Positions 31,093 to 42,976 of a stretch of 64,000 nucleotides of DNA are shown here, piece by piece. Both the position numbers and the translations under genes were made by a program. This DNA is from Dictyostelium discoideum. Lineage: Eukaryota. The notes under the pieces are model-generated. The model worked only from the letters and a program-made list of their open reading frames with translations. It was not told the DNA's origin and ran no database searches. The stretch is taken from contig CM000150.2 of NCBI GenBank assembly GCA_000004695.1, forward strand, positions 4,064,001 through 4,128,000, written 5' to 3'. Within the stretch, counting starts at the first letter, position 1. Every line of letters begins with the position of its first letter.

Positions 31093-31171
<79 letters not shown>

Positions 31172-31921
31172 GTAGTAATTTAATAACATCACCACCACCA
31201 AGTTCATTACCACATCAACAATGTCCAATTCAAGAGAATATTCGTAATGTAATTAATTATTTAGGATGTTGTTATAGATTTGGAAAAGTTGAAAAGAGTA
31301 CATTGGTAAAGTATTTGGATTTAGCATTCAATGATTTTGGTGTATCTGCCGAGTATTTCGCAAAGAGATCATTGGAAAAGGATGCAATCATTCCAGACGT
31401 TTATTGTAAAATGATGGATATGAACATTGATAATTTATTGAATGAATTGGTAAACTTTGGTTCAAAGAGACATTTCTATTCATTTGCAAGAAAGTATTCA
31501 TGTCTCGATTCAAGAAGTTACTTTGATGATTATATCGAAGGTACAATCATTAAACAAATCTTGATCGAAATTAAAACCACAACCGATACTGGTACTTTAT
31601 TGGTAGATAATGAAAAATTTAATGAAATCTATTCAGATGGTTTAATTTGTTTCAATGATAGCGAATTGTTAAACTCAAAAGGTTTCATTCCATCAGAAGC
31701 TTTACCATCGAATCATATCACCGAGAATGTTCTCTCAAAGAAGGATTCAAAAGCTGCCATCAACTATTTCAATTATTTAATTCATGGTTCGGTAAAATTA
31801 ATCATTGGTAGAATTGAATATACTTGTGTTGGTTCTGTTGATATCCTTCCAAATAGAAAGTTATGTGGTAGTTTAAAAAATAAATTCTTAAATGCCTATG
31901 CAATTCATCAACAATTGACTC

Positions 31922-31986
<65 letters not shown>

Positions 31987-32106
31987 AAACAACAAATTGG
32001 TAAAGAATTTACTTCTAAAATGTATGCTCTCAAAACTATGATAATGACTGCTTTTTATTATCACCTTTATCATTTCAGTTCATCCAATTTTGTATTACAC
32101 AAATAA
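30301..32106 (+). CDS. Hypothetical protein, 601 aa: N/S-rich N-terminal half, structured C-terminal domain, poly-Gln tract near the C-terminus
   Basis: Single long ORF. The (AAT)n and (CAA)n coding repeats are typical for this genome. I found no recognisable domain. Confidence 0.5.
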
Positions 32107-32585
32107 TTATTTTCACAGTTTATAAAAAAAAAAGAAAAAAAGAAAAAAGAAAAAAAAAAAAAAAACAAAAATAATATGTATAAATATATAAATAAATATA
32201 TTTATATCTACAAAAAAAAAAAAAAAATAACCACATAAAAAGAAAAACGTGATTAAAAAAAAAAAAAAAAAATTTTAAAAATATATATCTACAAAAATTA
32301 ATTTTGACTAATAACCTAATTGTTATTGTCCGACTGTTTAAAAAATAAAAAGATAAAAAATAAAAGATTTCTATAACTATTTATTTCAAAAGAAAGATTA
32401 ACAAGTTATTAAAATATATTAATTAGACCATCTATTTGTATAGATTAAAAAAATGAAATAATAATTGTTAAATTTATTTATTAATAATTTTTTTATTTTT
32501 TTTATTTTTTTTTTTCTAAAAATTTTATTAATTTATAACCTTTAAAATAAATATTTTTTAAATAATTATATTTCATTAATTAAAA

Positions 32586-32767
32586 ATGGATAAAAGTTTA
32601 GCAGAAAAAATAAAAAATGTGGATATTACCCCAAAAGAAATTTCCCATTTTAAAACAAAGGGTTTTATTCAAATAGATGATGTTTTTGATGTTAATTTAG
32701 TAGATCAAAAGTTGAAACACTTTTCGATGGAAAATTTCCAACTAATATATGGCCAGATGGTACTTAA

Positions 32768-32818
<51 letters not shown>

Positions 32819-33420
32819 TTTAATAATTATATTAGTAACCTTTCTTTATTAAATAAATTTTAGAATGGAATTATCGTAAAGGGTTATCAGTTGAAAATTC
32901 AACAAGAGAAATTGTTAATATTTGGAAGTGTGATCCATTTTTTGCTAAAATTATATTTAATGAAAATATTGGAAAAATGATTTGCGATTTAATGGGATGG
33001 TCAGGATGTCGTTTAGCACAAGACGAGTTATTTTGGAAACCACATTTAGGTGGTAGTGTAGGGTATCATCAAGATGGACCATATTTAGATTTTTTACCAG
33101 CTGAAACTATTGCAATATGGGTACCATTAAATGATGTTTCAATTGAAAATGGTACACTAGAATATGCAACTGGAAGTCATAATTGGAAAACTCCAAGTGG
33201 TATAATAGATGATTTTCATAATCCATTAAAATTTAAACTAAAAATGGAGGATGCTGCCATGATTGAAGGAATTGAAAAACCAGATATTCATGTGGTAACT
33301 TTGAAAAGAGGTGGAGTATCATTTCATCATGGTAAATTATGGCATGGTTCTTCAAAGAATCCAAGTTCTACCAAAGAGATGTGCTTTTCATTTCATACCA
33401 GAAAATTGTGTATTCAATGA
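32586..33420 (+). CDS. Phytanoyl-CoA dioxygenase (PhyH) family Fe(II)/2-oxoglutarate oxygenase, PHYHD1-like. Exon 1 is 32586..32759, exon 2 about 32864..33420
   Basis: Exon 1 (ITPKEISHFKTKGFIQIDDVFD) resembles the PHYHD1 N-terminus. Exon 2 has HQDGPYLDF, IWVPLNDVSIENGTLEYATGSH and FHHGKLWHGS (the HxD...H iron-binding motifs). The intron starts GTACTT at 32760. With the obvious TTTTAG acceptor at 32863 the phases do not match; see the finding. Confidence 0.7.
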
Positions 33421-33593
33421 TAATACTGGTTATTTTTATGGTCATTATAAATTCTTTGACAGTAATAGAGTTGAAGAATCATTCTTCCCAATTACTTATT
33501 CATCTTCAGGTAAAAGATCAAAGTGTTGTGATTATTTTTATTCTGATGATAGGATAATTAATAAATTTTAATTAAATATTGAAAGTATAAAAA

Positions 33594-33626
<33 letters not shown>

Positions 33627-34006
33627 AATAAAAATTAAATGTTTAGACTGCAAATCAATAACATTTATAAATTTAATTTCTTGTTAATTTAATTTTCAGG
33701 ATAAAAATATTATTTTAAATTTTTTTTTTCTGCCATATAAAAATCTCATTACGCAGCTCCCCTTAATTTTTTTAATCATAAAAAAAATTCTTTTTTTTAT
33801 TTTAAGATTTTTTTTTTATTTTTTTTTTTTAAAATATAGAAAAAGTTGGCACGTGGTTTAGATTTTTATATACTGATTCTTTGAAATGGTTTTTTTTTTT
33901 TTTTTTATTTTTTTTTTTTATTGTTTTTTTAAAACAAAAACCTTCTTTTTTCACTTTTACTTTTACTTTTTTTTTATTTTTTTATTTTATTTTATTTTTT
34001 TTAAAG

Positions 34007-34451
34007 ATGTCAAAAATATCAAATAAAATGAAAGCTTATGGGGGAATAGTATTCTTTTTTTTATTTATTTTTTTCAATAAAGTTAGTTGTCAATTGGTTA
34101 GAGATTCAATACCGAACCAATTGGATATAGAGAGTTTCTCACAACAACAAAGTTATTTATTTTATCAAGATACATCAAATTCAACAAAATGCTCTTATAC
34201 TTTAAGGTTTATTGTAAAAGATAACGATAGTGGTACATTAAGTTTAAAAAAACTTTTTTCAACAGATAGCCCAAATATTTTATACTCGACAAAAACTTCG
34301 ACATCAACGGTTTTAGTTGTTGAATTTAGTGGAATAATTCCTATTGGTTCCCACACTTCAAATTTAACGGCAATGTCATTATATCCACCAATTCGAATTG
34401 TCCAATCTGATTATAGTTTAACTTTAACTTGTTCATGTAATATTTTTTTGA

Positions 34452-34506
<55 letters not shown>

Positions 34507-37500
34507 ATAATAATAATAATTTATTTATAAAAAATAATAATAATAATAATTATATAAAATATTAATATTTTATTTTTCTTCTTATAAAAATAAATATAAA
34601 ATAAAAATAAATGATCAAAAAAAAATAAAAATTATAGTGGTTGATTCGTCAACATTAACAATAACAATTGATGATGTGATAAATTATGATACAAATATGG
34701 CATTTTATTCATCAATTAGAATTCATGGTATGGATTATCATAGATTTAATTCATTGGATTCTTTAGGTTCAGATATTTTTTTCCCATTCGCCAGAACTAA
34801 TATATTTGGATATAATTGGGATCCTTTAATATTTGAAAATCAAAGAAATTCAATTTTTACAATTTCAATTGTAGTTTCAGGTGTAATAATAAATTTAAAA
34901 ACAAAATCTTTTTATTTTAATGGTAAAAATCTATTTATCTTATTTATATTTAATATTATTGAAAAAAAAAAAAAAAAAAATTAATTAAATTATTATTATC
35001 ATAGTTCCATATCCAACAGCTCAAATTTATTATTTTTTTCCACAAAACATTATATCTACCCCTTTTAATGAATTCGGATTTCATTATTCCCCAGTGCTTT
35101 CTACCACTAGTAACACACAAACAGCAAAACCATATCAACTATTATTATCACCTAATAAATTATATACTTTTTCAAAACCAATTTCTGGTAAAAAAGGTAG
35201 AATGTCTTTTATTGCAGCTTTTCAGAATTCATATGGGTTAAATAACTTTTCACTTATCAGTCCACTTGAAGATCAGCCAAGAATATCATTACCTCTGAAT
35301 ATAAAAGGTACGTACTTTAATAATAATAATAATAATAATAAAAATAATAATAATGATTATTAATATTATTAACTGGGAAAAAAAAACTTTTAAAGAATTT
35401 TATAATGGTTCATATGGAAATCCTCAACTTATTTTGTCGTTATATGGTTTTGGTTCTATAAATATACCAACTTTGATACCATTATTTCAAGTGACATTTA
35501 CTGGTAGTTATTATAGATTTTTTGATAATCAATACAAGGTTGGAGTTGATAAACTTGATGCTGGTTGGCCATTTGGGTATATTAGTGGTAATCAAACAAC
35601 CTATGTTCACTCTGTTGACTTTTTAAGACCAATAAACTATTCAGCACTATCTATCATATATAGATTTGGAAGTACTTTACCAAATGAATTTTTTTATCAA
35701 TCTGTTGTAACCAACCTTGGTAAGTAAAATAACAATACTTTTTATTATTATTATTATTATTATTATTTAAACCTCTTGGTGATGAAATGCCATTATGATG
35801 ATTATTATTATTATTATTATTATTAATTAAAAACACATAATAAATTATTTACATTTAATTAAATTATTTTATAGTAACGGAAACAACCCAACCAATTTTG
35901 GTCAGTTATAGCTTCAAACGTTTAAAAGGAAAGAATTCAAATTATTTATTCACAGCAAATATAATTTCAAAGAATGGAGTAAAGAGAATTATATTTGATG
36001 ATATTGATTATGGTTTAAAAACATTAGTTTCAGGTTCAAATAAAAATGGTGTTTATGAAATTATATATACACCATCACAAAATTCATTCTCTGGGATAAT
36101 TTCTTTTTTATGTTATGACATTTATGAAAATAATTTCTACTATTTCCAAGACCAAATTGTTTCTTATGAACCATTTTTAGTTTTTAAAGTTCCTGATTGT
36201 CTTTCAAATTGTAGTTATTTTTATTTAAAATTTAAAAGTATATATAAATATATTAATTATTTGTTTTTTTTAATTTAGATATAAGCGTGGATAGTTTTGA
36301 TAACATCAGTTTCGCAAAGAATAATTTAAATTTATTAAATTCAGCAGGTTATAATACAATGTATTTAAATTCGAGTAAAATTGATCCTGATTCACAACTA
36401 GTACTAATTTTGATGGATCCAATTTCAAAATCATATCAAAGTGCTCAAGGTAATATTCTTTATGGTTCATTTCCAATTGTTTATGATTCAAATTTAAAAT
36501 TATTTACATGTGATTTCATTGTACCAAAAAATAATTTATTTGGTGAAGTTTCGTACTATATTAAATTTACAAATGGTGTTTTGACAAGTAATGAATTAGG
36601 ACCAAATACACCAAAATTATTAGTAAATGAAACATGTATGTATTTTTTTAATTTTTAAAAAATAAATAGTTTAAATTTTTATTTTTTTAACCTTTTTTTT
36701 TTTAATTAAATAAATTTAGATCTAGATAATCAAGGACCAATTTTTAGTTTATTAGTCCCGTTAAATAATGGAGTAATGGTTGATGATAATAGTAGGGAAT
36801 ATGGATATATTTTTAATATTACAGATGATCTTAATGGATTTAGTAGCGGTAGTATAACAGTAAAAGGTTCAATAGATAATTCAAAATATGTATTCAACTT
36901 TTCATTATCAGATGCAATGTATGGTAATAAATTTGAAAGTCAATATCAAATTTTAATTCCAGTTTCAAAACAATGTATATCACAAGTTTATATTATCACC
37001 AATGTAATTTTAAGAGATACAAATAATATTACATCAATTTATAATATTTATAGTAATAATCCAGACCCAACCATAACTCCATTTTTAAAATTTTATGATG
37101 ATGGTATTGGATCAACATATTTAAATATAATTTGTAATCCTCCTATACCAATTGATGAAGATTATCAACAATTAGTTTCTTTCAAACATTCAATTACAAA
37201 CTCAATTATTGATGTTGGTAAATTAAATAATTCAATTAGATTTGACTTTTCAATTGATACACCTAGAACAGGTATAAAAGATAATCAATTACCAATAGTT
37301 TATATAATTAGTGAAAAATTGGATAAAGTCGAATGCCTTTCAACTTTAGAACTAGTAGATAAAATATATGGAACTACAAATTACACATGTACAACTACAT
37401 TACCAATTGGTTTTGGTTATCCTGGTATTTTGATTTTTTCAATTTATGGTTTTATAAATAATGCAGGTTATTTTTTTGGTTATCCAACAGATACAATTGC

Positions 37501-38857
37501 TAAATTTTTTCCATCATCATATTATGTCAATATAAACTACCTTGTTGATGAAGAACCAATTATTACATCGACTGATAATATTTTTTCAACTGGTGGTAAT
37601 TTATTAATTTATGGTAAATCATTATCAAATACAAAACAAGTATCAATTTATTATTCTGAAACCAATGTACAAAGTACAATAGTTCAAGATGAAATATATG
37701 GATCAAGTGCAGTTTTAATCAATTCAATTTCGGAAACATCAAAACCATTTAAAATTCAAATAATTACAACTTCTGGTTTAAAATCAAATGAATATTGGGT
37801 AACTCCAATTTATTTTGAAACAACAACCCCAGTAATTCCAACTAATCCACCACAAAAATGTAGTGGTAATCCAGAATGTGGCGGTAAATCACAAGGTTAC
37901 TGTTCACCAAATGGTTGTATTTGTTTTTCACCTTGGATTGGTACAAGCTGTCAATCAAAAGTTATAGTTGTACCACCACCAATTGTAAATCCAAATGAAC
38001 CATCAACTAATATTATAACCAATTCAAGCAAAAGTGAAACATCATCGTTAGTTGGTGTAATTTCAATTGTTTCATTAAGAGAATTAGATCATAACAATAA
38101 AGTTATTAAAATTTTTAAATTTGAAAAATGGAATCAAACAAATTTAGAAAAGAATAAAAATATCTATTCAACAAGCATTAAATTTCAAGATAATAATAGT
38201 AATAACGATTGTTTTATAAATGTTGAAACTGAATGGTATGAAACATTAAGAAATATAACATTTGCAAATCAATTATTAGTAATGAATCCCTCAACATTAA
38301 AATATAATATAAACATTACAGCATATCCATTCCAATCGAAATTAAATACACTCCAATTAGTAATCAGAGCAAAACTAACTCAAAATGATTATAATGATGA
38401 TATATGCTCAAATCAAGAATTTGGTAAAACAGTTGCAGATAATTCAGATTTTATTCAATTATCAGTAAAAGATCATTCGTTATATGGTAGATTTGTTAAA
38501 AGAGGTATCGTAGATGGTAGAATTACATCAATTGGTAATGTTAAACTTAATGATTTAGATGATGAATCAAATTATTATACATCAGATTCATTCGTTGGTA
38601 TTGTAATTCCACAATACACAAATCTAATTCAACTAGATCCTGATTTTGGTTTATTGGTAGATAGTTCACCAACTGATTCAACATGTAAAAAAAGTGCATC
38701 ACTTTCAAAAGAAGCAAAGATTGGTATAATCGTAGGTTGTATTGGTTTTGTAATTGTTGTTGTAATAGTTGTAACTTTATGTGTAAAATATAAATATCAT
38801 ATTAGAAATTTAAAATCTGTTATTAAAATGAATCAAATCAAAGCGAATAAAAATTAA
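34007..38857 (+). CDS. Seven-exon gene, about 1399 aa: type I membrane glycoprotein with signal peptide, large extracellular region, EGF-like module (CSGNPECGGKSQGYCSPNGCICFSPWIGTSCQ), a single transmembrane segment (IGIIVGCIGFVIVVVIVVTLCV) and a short basic tail
   Basis: join(34007..34436, 34638..34922, 35005..35307, 35396..35719, 35875..36237, 36279..36635, 36720..38857). The donors are GTAATA, GTAAAA, GTACGT, GTAAGT, GTATAT and GTATGT, and the acceptors are all (T)nAG. All six introns are phase 1, and the frames of the ORF-track pieces are reproduced across every junction. Confidence 0.7.
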
Positions 38858-39220
38858 AATATTATTTCTATCTTTTTTTTTTTCAAATAAATAAATATTA
38901 TCTCCTTTTTTTTTTTTATTATTTTTATCTCTTTTTAGGTTTGAAAAAAAAAAAAAAAAAAATAATAATGTTATTTATCTTTTTTTTTTTCTTTTTTATC
39001 TCTTTTTTATCTCTTTTTTTATCTTATTTTTTTTAAAAAAAAAATAAATTTAACAATAAAAATAATTACTTTAAAAAACTTATTTTAACCAAAAAAAAAA
39101 AAAGAAAAAAATAAGAAAAAGATTTTTTGAGATAAAAATTTTTTTTTTTTTTTTTTGTGATGATTAATAATTTGAAGTTTTTTTTTTTATTTTTTTTTAT
39201 ATTTAATTCAAAAATTAATA

Positions 39221-40786
39221 ATGGATAGTAATAGTAATAATAATAATAATATTAATAATGATATTAAACCAAATGAAAAATTGTTTTTTTCAGTATGGAG
39301 AAATATTTTTTTAAAAAATAATATATTTGTTCAATTAAATTTATTAAAAAGTTATAAAAAAGTTTCTATACAAACTTTGGAAAATTTAAAAAATCAAAAA
39401 TATAAAAAATATATTGAAAAGATTGTTTATTATAGCGATGATAATATATTAGACGAAAATATTTTATTAGAATTCGATATTTTAAAAACTATTAAATTTA
39501 TGCATCAAGGGTTTGAATTGATTTCTCCATCAGTTTTACCAATTGGTTTAAAAAAGTTAATATTCCCAATAAAGAGTAACTCTTTAATTCATAATTTTAA
39601 AGATAATGAAACATGTAGTTTTTCATTGTTCCCAAGTTCAGTTACTGATGTTAGAAATGTTTATGCAAAGGATCCAATTATTTCAATTCCTTCAAATATT
39701 AAAAGAATTCATTTTAGGAGTATTTCTCAAAATGCATTGAATAAAAGTGATTTTAATAGTGGTGGTTTTGGTGGTGTTGGTGGAAATTCAATAACAGAAC
39801 TTGGATTTTATATTGATGAAAGTACAATTAAATTAAATTTTGGTATGATTCCATTTGGATTAATAAAAAGATTACATATGGAAACAATGTCATTAGATTT
39901 TAATAAATTACCAATATCATTAACACACTTGAAATTAGATATTAGAATGGAGATTGTAATAAATAATGTTTTGTATTTTTCATTTGGTAAACTTAAAAAA
40001 CTTGAATTAATTTCAAAAAATAAAATTGAAATTCATAATAATATGTTTCCTGAATCTCTCACTCATTTAAAAATGGGGTCACCATCTATAAGATTAGGTC
40101 AAAAATCACTACCATCAGGTTTATTATTTTTAATGGTTACAGATACTATCCAAGGTATGAATAATAATAATTGGTTACCCCTATCATTGAAAACATTAAT
40201 TGTAAAAGGCCATCCTAAAAGTGGTTGGTATGGTTACCAATTTAGTTCATTGATAATTCAACATGTTAATTTACCACCAAAACTTGTACATCTACAATTT
40301 GATGACAAAGGTTTTGGATATGGTGATAATCAAATACTTACACCTGGTTGCATCCCACGATCATTAACCTATTTAAATTTTGGTTCAAATTTTAATCAAG
40401 AAATTTACAAAGATGCACTTCCAAATTTAGTTGAAATCAATTTTGGTTCAAGATTTAATAGATATTTAGATCCAGGTGTACTTCCAATAAATTCATTGAA
40501 AAAATTAACTTTATCAACTGATTTCAATAAGAAACTTGAGATTGGTTCATTACCAGATTCAATAACTCATTTAACATTTGGTTATAATTATAATCAACCA
40601 ATAATATCATTACCATCCTCATTAACTTGCTTAGAATTAAATTGTCCAAATTATTCTCATAAAATTGATACTTCAAATTTATTCCCACCTTGTCTATCAA
40701 AATTAGTTTTATCAAAAAATTTTAAACAAAATGATTTAATTTCAAGAGATTGTTTTTATTCTATTGATAAAGTTTTAATTGAATAA
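39221..40786 (+). CDS. FNIP repeat-containing protein, 521 aa
   Basis: Repeated units of the form LPxSLTxLxFGxxFNQxI (for example LTYLNFGSNFNQEIYKDALPNLVEINFGSRFNRYLDPGVLPINSLKKLTLSTDFNKKLEIGSLPDSITHLTFGYNYNQPI), characteristic of the Dictyostelium FNIP repeat family. Confidence 0.8.
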   Translation: MDSNSNNNNNINNDIKPNEKLFFSVWRNIFLKNNIFVQLNLLKSYKKVSIQTLENLKNQKYKKYIEKIVYYSDDNILDENILLEFDILKTIKFMHQGFELISPSVLPIGLKKLIFPIKSNSLIHNFKDNETCSFSLFPSSVTDVRNVYAKDPIISIPSNIKRIHFRSISQNALNKSDFNSGGFGGVGGNSITELGFYIDESTIKLNFGMIPFGLIKRLHMETMSLDFNKLPISLTHLKLDIRMEIVINNVLYFSFGKLKKLELISKNKIEIHNNMFPESLTHLKMGSPSIRLGQKSLPSGLLFLMVTDTIQGMNNNNWLPLSLKTLIVKGHPKSGWYGYQFSSLIIQHVNLPPKLVHLQFDDKGFGYGDNQILTPGCIPRSLTYLNFGSNFNQEIYKDALPNLVEINFGSRFNRYLDPGVLPINSLKKLTLSTDFNKKLEIGSLPDSITHLTFGYNYNQPIISLPSSLTCLELNCPNYSHKIDTSNLFPPCLSKLVLSKNFKQNDLISRDCFYSIDKVLIE

Positions 40787-41352
40787 ATACAAATATAATA
40801 ATTTTAAATAATAAAAATCTTTTAATTTTGGGAATAAAAGGGGATGATTTTTTTTTTTAAAAAAATAAAAATAAATAAATATTCCCTCATTTTTCAAAAT
40901 AAAAAGACAATTACGAAATCTATAATAATTCATATTTAAAATAAATAGAATTAAATGAAAAAAATAAAAAAAAAGTTCTTTATTACAAGACAAAAAGTAA
41001 TAAAAAAAACTTTGTAAAGTTTTTTTTTTTTTTTTTGTTTTATCATACTTTTTTTTTTTTTTTTTTTTTTTAACCATTTTTCAATTTTTATTTATTTTAA
41101 TATTATAAAAAGTTGGTATTATTTTCTTTTTTTTTGAAACGATAAATATCTATATTTAAAAAGTCAACCGTTTGATATTTTGAAAAAAAAAAAAAAAAAT
41201 TAAAAAATTAAAAAATAAAAAAAAATTAAAAATAAAATATCTAAAAATACAAAGGAAAAAAAAAAAAAAAATAGATTAATTTCAAATAAAAAACATTAAA
41301 TTTCCAACTTTTTTCAATCACGCTCGATCATTTCCTTTTTTTTCTTCATCAA

Positions 41353-41415
41353 ATAATTTTAATTTTTTTAATTTTTTTAATTTTTTTAATTTTTTTAATT
41401 TTTTTAATTTTTTTT
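41353..41415. repeat. (AATTTTTTT)n tandem repeat, about 6 units, 240 bp upstream of the 4-TM gene
   Basis: Direct reading of the sequence. Confidence 0.8.
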
Positions 41416-41624
41416 TTTTTTTCAGACTTTATCCTTTCATTTTTGTGTGAGCCCTGCATATTTTTGTAACTGCTATCAAATTTTCAAATTATGCGTTGAA
41501 TTACCAAAAAAAATCTTTTTTTTTTTTTTTTTTTTTGACGTAAATATAAATAGTTTTTATTTTTAAACATTTCATTTTCCATAATTCATTAATAAAATAT
41601 ATTTATAAATAATTATAAAAACAA

Positions 41625-41654
<30 letters not shown>

Positions 41655-41658
<4 letters not shown>

Positions 41659-42522
41659 TTAAAGTCTTACCACTCATTTCTTTTATTTTAATCATATTAG
41701 CAGCTGTATGTACTATCATTGGTTTTTCAAGTATGTATTAATTTATTTGTCTTTATCTTTTTATTTTTAATTTTTTTTTTCTATTTTATTTTTTTTTTTT
41801 TTAATTTTTTTTTTTTTTTATTAATTTTTAAATCATTTTATTATTTAAGCTTATTGGTATCAAATAAAAATCGAGGGTGCTGATGGTGCAGTTATTGAAA
41901 CTTATTATAAATATAATAAAGTTAATGTTATTGTTTCAATTGATGGAGATGAAGTATCAGGAACAACTGGATATGATGAAGTAGATGGAGAATTCTCAGC
42001 TCAATTAAAATTCTATAAAGCTGCCTTAGCTATGGATATTTTAGCCTTTGTCAATTTATTCTTTTCAGCATGCTACTTGGGTTTTGCATTATTCAAAGGA
42101 ATTTCTCAAGCCAGTCAAACAAAATTTAAGAATTCATTAAATGGTGCAACTATATTTTTAATTATTGCTACATTTGTTGTATTAGGTTTACCAAAGGTAT
42201 TTTTTCAATAATTTTTTTATTTTTTTATTTTTTTTTTTATTCATTTCGTAAATTAACAATTCATTTCTATTTTTTTTAAAAGGCTCGTAGAGAGGATTGT
42301 GAAGATTATGCTAATGACAGTAGTTATAATTACTCTGGTAGCCAAGTTAAAGATATTTGTAGTATCGGAATTAATAAAAAATTCATTGGTAGTGAAACTG
42401 AAGTTGATGGTTCAAAATATTCATGGGGACCAACAACTGCTTGGATTGCCATTGTAATTGGTCTTGGTCTCACATTCTTTAACAATGTCTTTGTTTACAT
42501 TGCTCCAATTTTCAAAGACTAA
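41655..42522 (+). CDS. Three-exon gene missed by the ORF track: 220-aa four-transmembrane protein (join 41655..41730, 41850..42196, 42283..42522)
   Basis: Exon 1 is ATG...GGTTTTTCAA followed by GTATGT. Exon 2 follows a TTTAAG acceptor and ends ...CCAAAG followed by GTATTT. Exon 3 follows AAAAG and ends TAA at 42520..42522. The phases are consistent (1 then 0). The hydrophobic segments are LPLISFILIILAAVCTIIGF, ALAMDILAFVNLFFSACYLGFALF, GATIFLIIATFVVLGLP and AWIAIVIGLGLTFFNNVFVYIA. A Cys-containing loop lies between segments 3 and 4. Confidence 0.6.
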
Positions 42523-42602
42523 AGAATTTTTTTTAAAAAAAAAAAAAAAAAACAAAAAAAATAAATTAACAACTTGCAAAAATAAACAAATATGTTTATT
42601 AG

Positions 42603-42637
<35 letters not shown>

Positions 42638-42976
42638 ATTCTACATGTTTCTTTTGTTTATTTAATAATTTTTAATTTAAAATCTAACTAGGACTAATAA
42701 GTAGAACAAGAATCGATGATATATTATTTTACAATTTGCAAAATATATTTATTAGATTAAAATAATAAAAAATATATTTATTAGACAAAAAAAAAAAAAA
42801 TGAAAAAAAAAAAAATGAAAAAAAAAAAAATTTCTATATGTTTCTTATATTTATTTAATAATTTTATTATTTCAAATCCAACCAGAATCAATAAGTTGAA
42901 CCATAGTCGTGATAATTTATTTATTTTTTTTTTTTTTTTTTTTTTTTTTTATTTTTTATTTTTTTTTAAAAAATCC

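Noticed and set aside
33311-33571. ORFs 33311..33571(+) and 33339..33557(+)
   Set aside because: They are off-frame overlaps with the 3' end of the PhyH gene and read through its stop into the AT-rich flank.
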